The notes below the pieces were generated by a model that did not search any database, was not told the DNA's origin, and saw only the letters and a list, made by a program, of their open reading frames with translations. A DNA stretch of 64,000 nt from Mobula hypostoma (taxonomy: Eukaryota). This document shows, in pieces, positions 51,190-62,224 of the stretch (position 1 is its first letter; each line of letters opens with the position of its first letter). The stretch spans positions 91,514,001-91,578,000 of the forward strand of contig NC_086108.1 in the NCBI RefSeq assembly GCF_963921235.1, written 5' to 3'. A program made the position numbers and the translations under genes.

Positions 51190-52520
51190 CATGAAATCTG
51201 AAATATAGCCACCGTCATTCCTTCTTTGTAATTGCATAAATATGTTAGGCTTGAGAGATCGTCAGAGATGTTAACACCCAGGAACTTGAAACTGCTCACC
51301 CTTTTCACTGCTGAACACTCAATGAGGACTGGAGTGAGTTCCCTCAACTTCCCCTTCCTGGAGTCCACAATCAATACCTTGGTCTTACTGATGTTGACTG
51401 CAAAAGTGTTGTTGCAACCAACTGATCTATCTCACTCCCGTACACCTCCTCAACACCATCCGAAATTCTGCAAAGAATAGTTATCGCAATTTGAGTAGTG
51501 CCTAGCCACTCAGTCATGGATGTAGAGACAGTAGAGCAATGGGCTTAGCATGCATCCTTGTGGTTCGCAGTACTGACTGTCAGTGAGGAGGAAATGTTAT
51601 GGTCTGCTGACGGTGAGAAAATCCATGAGGAAGTCAAGAATCCAGTTGCAGAGGGAGATGCAGAGGCCCAGGTTTTGGAGCTTGTTGATAGAATTGATGG
51701 TATGATTGTGTTGAACATTGAGTTATAATCAATAAACAGTAGCCTGATTGTATTGTCCAGGTGATCCAAGGCCTAGTAGAAAGCCAGTGAGATTGTATCA
51801 CCTGTTAACCTATTGTGGCGATAGGCATATTGCAGCAGGCTCCAGTCCTTGCTTAGGCAGGAGTTGATTTTGGCTGTGACCAACATCCAAAACATTTCAT
51901 CATAGTAGATATGAGTGCAACTAGGTGATAGTTGTTGAGACAGCTCACACTGCTCTTCTTTGGCACTGATATGATTGTCACCCTTTGAAGCAGGTCGGAA
52001 CCTCTGCCTGATTGAAGATGTCCTTGACGCTCTCGCTGGCACAATTTTTCAGTGTCCTACCAGCTACACTACCAGAATTTCATTCCTTGCAAGGGTTCAC
52101 CCTCATCTGGAAGTGAAGCATTGCAGCCATTCATGATGTTATGTTTTTTTCTTATAGAAAGCAATGGGCTGCAAATACTGCCAGAGCTGACATGCATCCG
52201 ATTCCATCAGAATTTGTTTGTCTCACTCTTAAAATAATCTTCTGTAGGTCATACGTGGATATCTTGTAAAGTTCTGGATCACTGGTCTTGAATGCGACAG
52301 ATCTAGCCCTCAGCAGACCCCAAATCTCTTGGTGCATCCACAGCTTTTGGTTTGCGTATGTCTGGTATGTTCTCAAAGGCACGCACTCATCCACACAGAA
52401 GTCAGTGACAACTGTGGCACATTCACTTAAATCCGAAGATAAATTCCTGAATATTGTCCAGTCCACCAATTCAAAGCAGTCTGTCAGTGCTCCTCTGCCT
52501 CCACTGACTATATCTTCTTC
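51190..52520 (-). mobile_element. Rex1/Babar-like LINE fragment
   Basis: VDWTIFR, CVDECVP, IRLLFIDYNSMFNTIIP, VKRVSSFKFLGVNIS. Confidence 0.8.
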
Positions 52521-53792
52521 ATAAATAATAAGTGGTTGCAGTAATGGTTGTAAGAGGTGTCAAAGAGCAAACTGAGAGATCTATATGGAATCTGAAATAC
52601 TAAAGGAAGGGAGAAAACACTGAAATTGGAGATAATAGATTCAAATGGCTGATTACATGAAATGGTTCAAATTAATGCTGAGCCCCAAACACTGCAATGT
52701 GCTAAGTTGCCAGATGAGTAACTGTGCCTTTTGCTTGAACAAAAGAGCTTTTTTGTAAATTGTAGGTGAACAATAGAGGTTGAACTTAGAATAGGATGGA
52801 AAATTAAGATGACATGACATGAAGGGTCAATATCAGCTTCCAATTATGCTGCAAAAGTGACCTTGAGCTACCAGTTCATGTCAAAAGACAATAATCTGAA
52901 ATGTTAACTGTTTCCCTCCATAAAGGCTACCTGACCTACAAAATATTCACAATAGTTACAACATTGTTTTTCAAAACAAAACACACTATCTTAGTTCATG
53001 CAAAGTAGAAGCTAAGTTACTTTCAGTTATAAAAGGAAAATCCAAGTGAGAATCTAAGCACCTTGAAGAGGTTCCGCAAAATGAATAACCAAAAGCCAGT
53101 ATTTTACTGAAATCAGACACGAAACACTTTAATAAAAACATTATTGGACTTGAAAATTCTTTATTAAAATTTCCATTTGTTTAATCCAATTATAAAATTA
53201 TAAAGAAAATGGAGTTCTAAAATATAGGCTTTAGCGTCACGATAAAAAGATGGTGCAATAAGACATTTAACCAAATGTTCAATTGTAGCTTTGTAATGGT
53301 CAGAAAAGAGGAAACCAAAACATGAAAGATGTTGAAGATAATCATCTACACACTGGAGCTGGAAAATAAAAATTTCCAGAGCTGAATTTTGATCCAAGTT
53401 TAAAAAAAAATCTTCAGGCAAAAATCAAGTTTTTTTTGCTAAATGTAGGCATGGGCTTATCAACCCTTATGAATGATACTCCCTAATCATTGCAGAATAT
53501 ACCTCAAAAAAACAAGAATGCATCTTCAAATAAATGTTGCATTAAACATTATTCTCGCCGAATGAGAAGCATGACAGCATTTCATTAATACAGTAGCATA
53601 CCTTTAAATCCTCAACTTAAACCCAGCGTTATAATTTTAAATTTCTAACCTCAGTCATCTAAAGCTTCATTTCATTGCATAGGCACAACATAAAAGTGAA
53701 AATAGAACTGAAAAGCTTAACTAAGGAGTATGCAAAGAAAATTTGAGTGAAAAATACAGGAATTTCAAGAAACTACATCTACAATCTAATAA

Positions 53793-53991
53793 CAACAGGA
53801 ATTCTGCAGATGCTGGAAATTCAAGCAACACACATCAAAGTTGCTGGTGAACACAGCTGGCCAGGCAGCATCTGTAGGAAGAGGTGCAGTCGAAGGTGCT
53901 GACGAAGGGTCTCGGCCTGAAACGTCGACTGCACCTCTTCCTACAGATGCTGCCTGGCCTGCTGCGTTCACCAGCAACTTTGATGTGTGTT
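53793..53991. mobile_element. Short palindromic Penelope-derived insertion with 15-bp TSD and hammerhead core
   Basis: TCTACAATCTAATAA at 53778-53792 and 53992-54006; near-perfect inverted arms; CTGACGA-AGGGTCTCGGCCT-GAAACGTC at 53899-53926. Confidence 0.88.
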
Positions 53992-54300
53992 TCTACAATC
54001 TAATAAATGTTTTATATCACAAGGCCTTAATCTATTTATTTCAGAACAAAACTACATCCTTTACACATTAGATATTGATACTACTTTGTCAATTTCTTAG
54101 TATTTTGATTAATATGGAAGCTCCAATTGTGTTGTCTTGATAACACATTTATGCACTCCTCAAAGGTCTTTTCTTTCCAATGTTCTGCAATGCTCAGTTT
54201 CGTTGGTTACATGGTGCACAGCTAGTCAAGACAGTGTTAATATACTGCTTGGACATTTGACTGTCTGTCCTTTCCTCTTCCATAGGCTGGATACTCATTA

Positions 54301-55818
54301 CAGGTGTCCCCCGCTTTTCGAACGTTCGCTTTACGAAACCTCACTGTTATGAAAGACCTACATTAGTTACTTGTTTTCGCTAACAGAAGATGTTTTCACT
54401 GTTACGAGAAAAGGCAGCGCGCCCTGAGCAGCCAAACTCCTCCCTCAGAACTGCATTCTAGCTGGCATTGCTTAAACAGGTGCCTGTGAGCAGCCGTTAG
54501 CAAAGTTCTAAGGGATCGGAAAAGCCTAAAAGAGCTTGTAAGGGTGTTACACTTGGCATAAATCTAGACATAATTAAGCGTTTCGATTGTGGTGAACTAA
54601 GTAAGGACAAAGTGAGTTTGGCTTGTGGAAGTTGACGAAGATGATGTTGAAGAGGTTTTGGTATCCAATGACCAAGAACTGATGGGTGAAGAGCTGATGC
54701 AATTGGAAGAGGAAAGGATAACAACTGAAACCGAATGCAGTAGCAAACGGACCAAAAGTGAAGTCGTCCAGGAACTGAACGTGAAGCAACTGCATGAGAT
54801 TTTCGCTGCAATTGACAACAATGATTGCAGAAAAGTACGACTTTAATTTTGAAAGGGTACGTCGGTTTAGGGCATATTTGCAAGATAGTTTAAGTGCTTA
54901 CAAAGAACTGTATGATAGAAAAATGCACGAGGCTAAGCAGTCAAGCATACTGTTGTTTTTCAAGCCTTCTACATCAGCCACAGCAGACGACAAACCTCAA
55001 CCTTCGACATCGAGGCAGGCAGACATAGAAGAAGATGACCTGCCTGCCCTGATGGAAACAGACGACAATGAGATGACACCCCAGTGTCCCACCACCCCAA
55101 TCCCCGGACTGATACACTGCCGCGGAGAATGCGCGGTAGCCAGGACGCACCCAACGCATCTTTAAGATAAAAGCCAAAATAAACAAGCTAAATAATTAGG
55201 TGCCGCCCATAATTAATTAGCTTATTTCAGCTTTTTTCTTAAAGATGTGCTGGGTGCATCCCAGTTACCGCTGCATTCTCCGCGGATCGGTATCAGTTCG
55301 TTGTCCGGAGGTTGGGGACCACTGCACCACCCCAACCTCCGACGACTTAGCCTAACACACCATCAACAGTGTGCTCGGCACTGTCTTCCCGATTCCAGTA
55401 AGTGATACTACACTGTACATACATTATTTCTACTTTATATAGGCTGTGTATTTTTGTGTGTTATTTGGTATGATTTGGCAGCTTCACAGCTTAAAGGTTA
55501 CTGGAGAGAGTGTTTCTGCCAAGAGAGCTTGCGTGAGGTTTTCATTACGGAGAACAGTGCAGCAATGATTGTAGCAAAGTATTTCTACTTTATATAGGCT
55601 GTGTATTGATCATATCATTCCTGCTTTTACTATATGTTACTGTTATTTTAGGTTTTATGTGTTATTTGGCATGATTTGGTAGGTTATTTTTTGGGACTGC
55701 GAACGCTCACAAATTTTTCCCATATAAATAAATGGTAATTGCTTCTTCACTTTACAACATTCTGGCTTACGAACCATTTGATAGGAAAGCTCTACCTTCG
55801 GATGGCAGGGGAAACCTG
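54301..55818 (+). mobile_element. Internally deleted Tigger/pogo-like DNA transposon with both ends
   Basis: TA|CAGGTGTCCCC ... GGGGAAACCTG|TA; N-terminal HTH stub and acidic C-terminus ending KQSSILLFF; internal inverted repeat at about 55090-55335. Confidence 0.88.
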
Positions 55819-57564
55819 TACAACCAAACAGATTCCAAGTTCCTTTCCCTTAGTTTAAAGGCAACAAGGCCAACAACAGTATCTAAACCAAACTTTTAAG
55901 TTCAGAATATCATGATAAAGATTTTTTTTTTAACAATGAGTCATCATAGTGCTACTATTTTCTCATCCTGTCACAGCAATGCTATTTTTCTAATTAACAT
56001 TTTAGGATAGCATTAATTATCCAGTATGTTAAACACACAAATATTCAATATAGTACCCCACAAATAGCTCAATTCAATAGCCTGAGGAAAACTGTCTTTC
56101 TTTAAACACCAGAATACAGCTGAGAATGAACTAGACAAGTAACATAATTGGATTCACTTTCTGAGACTTGAAAAGTTATGCACAATCATCCAAAGAGCAT
56201 ATCGTTGTTTCAAAGAATTATCCAAAACAATCTGCTTTGACATCAATATAAAACAACGCTCTTATGATCAGCACCTAGGTAAACAATCTTGATGAAAAAT
56301 CTTGACATTTCAAAATATATTCTATGTAAATAAAGAAGCAAAATCTGCAGTGAAGTGAATCTGAAATGAAGCACTGTTATTTCCAAGCAGATAATTAATC
56401 ATCTGCTTTCAAACACTACCTTTCATATCTTCAGGATATTCCACGACACTGCATGGCCTATGACTTCATTTTTAAGTGTGGTAATTTTCATACAAATAGC
56501 AATGTTATGACCGATTTCTTTAAGAAGCAAATCTAATTGAGATTGACAAAAGCCAGCATAATGAAAGAAAAGCTCTTTTAATGTAAAACTAGTATCAATC
56601 TCAATTAATAGGAAGGAGCTTTTGCACGAGGCAAGACCTGAATACCTCATCTAAAATACCAACACCAAAGTACAGCACTGAAATTGTGCTCTTCTCCCCA
56701 CCAGCTTAGAAGTCATATCAAACAATGTTAAAGATGATGAGATCTACCCTATGCAATTTGAGAAATTAATCCATGAGAATTTAAAATTCTCTGTAAAAGC
56801 TGAATAAAAGGAAATAATTGTATATTTAAAACTTGTACTAGTGAATACCAAAAATAAATACTAAATCACAAAAGCCCATTTGAAGTGCTGAAAAGATCTG
56901 CAAATTGCACACAATATTCTACACAGATATAATAAATTCTTAAAATTAAAGCAAAACAGTGATAAGTTTATCACATTTTAATCCTGAAAACAAAACCACA
57001 AACTATCCAAATAAAATAAGGAATCTTTTAATGTATTAGATAGCATTGTCAATGTGTCATTCACTATACCAAATTCCCCTGCATATTGACTAGCATTCTA
57101 CTGCAACACAACTGGAATCAAAGTTTGGTCCAGTTCCCACTAACTGATCAAGTAGGAAGAAAAAATTATGGAGCATTGAAGAGTGTTTACCATTCTGTTC
57201 TCACACAGCTCTAACTTACAATCCAATATGGTAAATAAGGTAGTTTAGTTTTGTGCACAAAAACAAATAGTTCTCATAGGAGTTTTGCTTGTTGGCACAA
57301 CAGAATAAGATAAAGTACAGAATCAGATGTTAATTACATTCCTGGAATTCTAAATTTCACTGAAAGGCCACAAAGCAAATAACCCCAAGATCATTTGTTT
57401 CTATATTTAAAAAATCAATTTATCAATTATTTATTTTGTAAATTCACAGCAGATCTAAACATTTGGCCTATAGACTTAGGCAGGTGTTTTTCTTTCACAT
57501 GTAATTTTAAGATTGCCCCAATTTTGCCTTTGACAATACAGTTTTATCTCATCACCATCTTTTT

Positions 57565-58190
57565 AAGGATTCTTAGTAATGTGGAGGAACAGAGAGATTG
57601 TGGGGTACACATCCATAGACCCCTCGAAGTTCAAGAGCCATGAAATAATGTTGCAGCCCTATAAAACCCTGGTTAGACTACACTTGCAATACTGTATTCA
57701 GTTCTGGCCACCTCATTATAGGAAGAATGTGATAGCTTTAGAGAGGGTGCAGAGGAGACTTACCAGGATGCTGCCTGGACTGGAAGGCATGTTTTATGAA
57801 AATAAGTTAAGCAACTAGGGCTCTTCTCTTTGGAGAGAAGAATGAGAGGTGACTTTATAGAGATATACAAAATGATAAGTGGATAGCCAGAGACTTTCCC
57901 AGGGTGGAAATGGCTAATATAAGGGGCATAATTTTAGGGTGACTGGAGGAAAGTCAGAGCTAAGTTCTTTACACAGAGAGTGGTGGATGTGTGGAATGCT
58001 CTACCAGCGTAGTCATAGAGGCTGAAACATTAGAGGTATTTAAGAAACTCTTAGATAGGCACGTGGATGATCAAAAAATGGAGTTACATAGGAGAGAAGG
58101 GTTAGATTGATCTTAGAGTAGGTTAAAAGGCTGGCACAACCTTTAAATTATGGATCAAAGGCCCTGTCTGAGCTGTAATGTTCAATGTTT
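57565..58190 (+). mobile_element. CR1 LINE 3' fragment
   Basis: YKTLVRLHLQYCIQFWPPHYRK...ALERVQRRLTRMLPG. Confidence 0.85.
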
Positions 58191-59855
58191 TGACTACAAT
58201 ACTTGGTAGATCTCCAGGATCTATCCAAGGCACACCATACTTTGAAGTCTAAGTCACAAATAAGCTTACTTATATCTATTTTATTGCTCCATCTATTTGC
58301 TCCATTTCTTTGCGCCCATTATCACATATGACATTTCCATTTTTTTTAGTATTCTGCAGGGAGTGCTCATGGAGTGAGGTCGCTTTTGGCTTCGCTCCAT
58401 TCCCGTTATCTTTTTTTAACCTATGATCTCCCTTACTTGACCAATTTTTACCTACACTAGAAGATTTATTTTATTTTACTGAGTTTTTCTTGAACTGCAA
58501 CTGTGAAATCTAAAGAAATGAGTACAAGATCCAAAACAAAAGATGGGAAAGATTCCGATAGGAATGGAGGGGGGAAAAGGTGACTCTAAACAAATGGAGC
58601 TATCCTATGAGACTATGCTAAAGTTTTTAGAGGAAAAATTCGATGAACAACGTTGAAACTTACCTGATAAATTTGAAAAACAATGTCAAAGTCTCAATGA
58701 AATGGAAACAAAATGTTTTACAATAATGCTTTAAAGTAGCATTAGAAATGGATAAAGTAAGGCTTTTTGATACAAAGTTCTATATTGTATTCAGTTGCAC
58801 TACTCCCTCAAAGCTGACTACAATTTTAAAAGGATAATTAGCCAGGGTAGAGGGTTGCACAGCCATGATCTCTGAAACTGACAAAAAACTGAGAATCCTG
58901 GTTAAAAGTTTTGTGAGGCATGGCTTCACTGATGAAGAATAAAAAAACAAAGGAGTTTGAAACCTTTCTTAAACAGGGATTATCCATTGCTCAACTACGG
59001 AAAATCTATAAGGACATCAAGGCCCTGAAGAGGGTGATAAGATTCACTGGTTTTACAGGATATAGGACCATCGCTAATATTAGCAAAATGTTGAAAGATT
59101 TGATAGGTGATTAAAAGTTTTGAATATTTCTACTGGAGGAAACAGCACAACTGATCAAACTGGCAATGGATACAAGAACCAAAATTTAAAGTGAAAAATA
59201 TCCTGAGGAAACTAATCTAATAATCTAAGGATTTCTGTTTCAAAAAGTTTTGATGCCTCAGAAAAGAGGAGAATTGGCAGCTTATTTAATAAACTAGGGC
59301 AATTGTTATAATTCCAAGATTCAATTCACATTTATTAACAAAAATGTATAAATTATACTCCTTGAAACTTATAGGCAGCCACAAAGAAAGTAACCTAATT
59401 AAATTATACCATATAGCCTCTTATTATAAATGTAACAAAAATAATTGTGGCTAATAATACATTAAATTGGACATGATATATAAAGCATCTAGAAATAGAT
59501 ATTAATTTGAATTGCAAGTTCAAATGGTTTCACATCTGTATGTCCTCAGCTCAAGCAAAAATATTGAGTTCACCCACTTAAACACAAAGCTTACTGTAAG
59601 ATGGTATATTAAATTAGCCAATGTAAGCACTTTGATTTAACAGAACAATGCATTGTTTTAACATCTTCACTAACCCAAAACTCTGCAGAGAAGTGAACTT
59701 GAAGGTTGGGTCCTCAGGGCCACTACAGGTGAGCTAGTCTAAATGTGAATGTATGCATACATCAATGTACAAAACAGAACTAGCAAGCCAACTTGGTTTT
59801 CTATCATTTTTCTTCTTGTGATGAGAGTAAGGCAAACAAAAACAGCCACACCTAC

Positions 59856-59886
59856 CTTTATGCCAACTGCAACATCAGTGAGAATG
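59856..59886 (-). CDS. PTBP2: PTBP2 coding exon 2 (31 nt), (G)ILTDVAVGIK
   Basis: Minus strand reads ctttttttttgtag|CATTCTCACTGATGTTGCAGTTGGCATAAAG|gtaggt, with canonical AG/GT. It resembles the PTBP2 N-terminus (IVTEVAVGVK) and joins exon 3 in frame to give K-RGSDEL. Confidence 0.93.
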
Positions 59887-60071
59887 CTACAAAAAAAAAG
59901 ATAAGAAAGCTATCATCTAAAGTACTTGAACCTGTTGCCAACACATAAATCACCAGCTGCAACAACTATATGGTTCATTTAAACAGGCATGACATGAATT
60001 TTCAACATGTTACATTTGCTAAACACAAACTTTGTCCTAATACCACTGCTGAAGTGACTATTTATTTGTTC

Positions 60072-61268
60072 GCAGACACGAGGAAATCTGCATTTGCTGG
60101 AAATTCAAGCAACACACACAAAAAATGCTGGTGAACGCAGCAGGCCAGGCAGCATCTATAGGAAGAGGTACAGTCGACGTTTCGGGCCGGGACCCTTCGT
60201 CAGGACTAACTGAAAGAAGAGATAGTAAGAGATTTGAAAGGGGGAGGGGGAGATCCGAAATGATAGAAGACAGGAGGGGAGGGGTAGATCTAAGAGCTGG
60301 AAAGTTGATTGGCAAAAGGGATAGCAGGCTGGAGAACGGGGAGGATCATGGGACGGGAACCAAGCGCATCTTTCCCTCCCCACTCTGTCTGCTTTCCGCA
60401 GGGATCGCTCCCTACGCGACTCCCTTGTCCATTCGTCCCCTCCATCCCTTCCCACCAATCTCCCTCCTTGTAAGCAGAACAAGTGCTACATATGCCCTTA
60501 CACTTCTTCCCTCACCACCATTCAGAGCCCCAGACAGTCCTTCCAGGTGAAGCGGCACTTCACCTGAGTCGGCTGGGGTGATATACTGCGTCCTGTGAAG
60601 TCTTTTATATATTGGCAAGACCCGACACAGGTTGGGAGACCGTTTCGCTGAACACCCTTGCTCTGTCTGCCAGAGAAAGCAAGATCTCCCAGTGGCCACA
60701 CATTTTAATTCCACATCCCATTCTGATATGTCTATCCACCGCCTCCTCTACTGTCAAGATGAAGCCACACTCAAGTTGGAGGAACACCACCTTATATTTT
60801 ATCGGGGTAGCCTCCAACCTGATGGCATGAATATTGACTTCTCTAACTTCCGTTAATGCCCCTCCTCCGCTTCACACCCCATCCCTTATTTGTTCATTTA
60901 ATTTTTCAAAATATTTTTTCCTTTTTTTCTCTCTCTCTCTCTGTCCCTCTCACTATAACTCCTTACCTGCTCTCCACCCTCAGGGCTCCCCTCCCCCCCT
61001 TCTCTTTCTCCCCAGGCTTCCTGTCACATGATCCCCTCCCTTCTCCAGCTTGGTATCCCTTTTGCCAACCAACTTTCCAGCTCTTAGGTCCACCCTCCCA
61101 CCTCCTGTCTTCTCCTATCATTTCAGATCTCCCCCTCCCACTTTCAAATCTCTTACTATCTCTTCTTTCAGTTAGTCCTGACAAAGGGTCCCAGCCCGAA
61201 ACATCGACTGTACCTCTTACTATAGATGCTGACTGGCCTGCTGCGTTCACCAGCATTTTTTGTGTGTG
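60072..61268 (+). mobile_element. Penelope-like element: inverted pLTR (about 60072-60357), GIY-YIG endonuclease C-terminus (about 60360-60856), direct pLTR
   Basis: YIGKTRHRLGDRFAEH...PVATHFNS..H...EEHHLIFYRGSLQPDGMNIDFSNFR*. 60115-60355 is the reverse complement of 61020-61268. Degenerate TSD TATTTATTTGTT / TATCTATCTGTT. Confidence 0.9.
60171..60208 (-). ncRNA. Minimal type I hammerhead ribozyme motif (Penelope pLTR)
   Basis: UAGUC-CUGACGA-A-GGGU(CCCG)GCCC-GAAA-CG-UC^-GACUG: stem I 5 bp, stem II 4 bp, palindromic ACGU in place of stem III. Confidence 0.75.
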
Positions 61269-61519
61269 TATCTATCTGTTTGCCATTCTCCACCTATCTC
61301 ATTCTAGTACTTTATTTTACATTGCTACAAAGAGAAGCAGTAAAGGATCAAATCAGAGAAGCATAACTTTATTGGGACATAGTAGAAGGATCTTAGGGGT
61401 AAAAGACAGCCAGAGCAGAAAGCAACTGAGTAGGTTGGGTGAAAATAACATCCAGCAAGGGCAGACTGAATAATGGTTTGAGAAGAGGTACAGAGACAGC
61501 AAGTGTATTTGAGGCCGTG

Positions 61520-62140
61520 GAGGGGGGAGAAGGAATGGGAGACGGGACGTTACAGGGGAGGTGGAAACAGAGATGAGCCAAGGATTGGATGGAGGGGGTA
61601 CGCAGGATTGGATGGGACAGGGAGGAGAGGGGAGACGGGGATGTTGGGGAGGCAGCGCGGGGGGGATGGGATCGGGGCGCATGGGTCAGGCTGGGTGAGG
61701 GAGGCAGGGAGTTCGAACAGGGGGTGGAGACAGGACAGGGCGGAGTGCGGGAGTGACGGTGTGATGGAAGGAGGGAGAGTGCAAGGGTGTGATGGAAGGA
61801 GGAAGGGAGCTGGCAAGGGAGGAATGGTAGGGAGGAAGGGTTCGGGGCACTGATGGAAGGAGAGAAGGAGCGGGGGTGAGCTGGGGGAGGGGAGGGAGGG
61901 AGGGAGGGAGGGATGGAAGCAGGAATGGAGGAATGGGTGGGGTGCAGTGGAGGGGAGTGACAGGAGATGGGGAATGGATGACAGGAGGGAGGGAAGGAGA
62001 ATGGAGTGAGGGGAAGGTGTGAGGGAGGGGGCGGAGTTGGAGGGAGGGAGGAGAGGGGGAGGAGAGGGAGGGGGAGAGGGGAAGGAGGAGAGGGGAAGGA
62101 GGAGAGGGGGGGGGAGGAGAGGGGGGGGAGGAGAGGGGGG

Positions 62141-62224
<84 letters not shown>

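Noticed and set aside
58360..58720. Possible L1/Tx1 5' UTR and ORF1 start (MSTRSKTKDGK...)
   Set aside because: Interrupted by stops and too short to assign.
59675..59738. Possible cassette exon just downstream of exon 2 (ag...TGG|gttagt)
   Set aside because: Weak pyrimidine tract and no other support.
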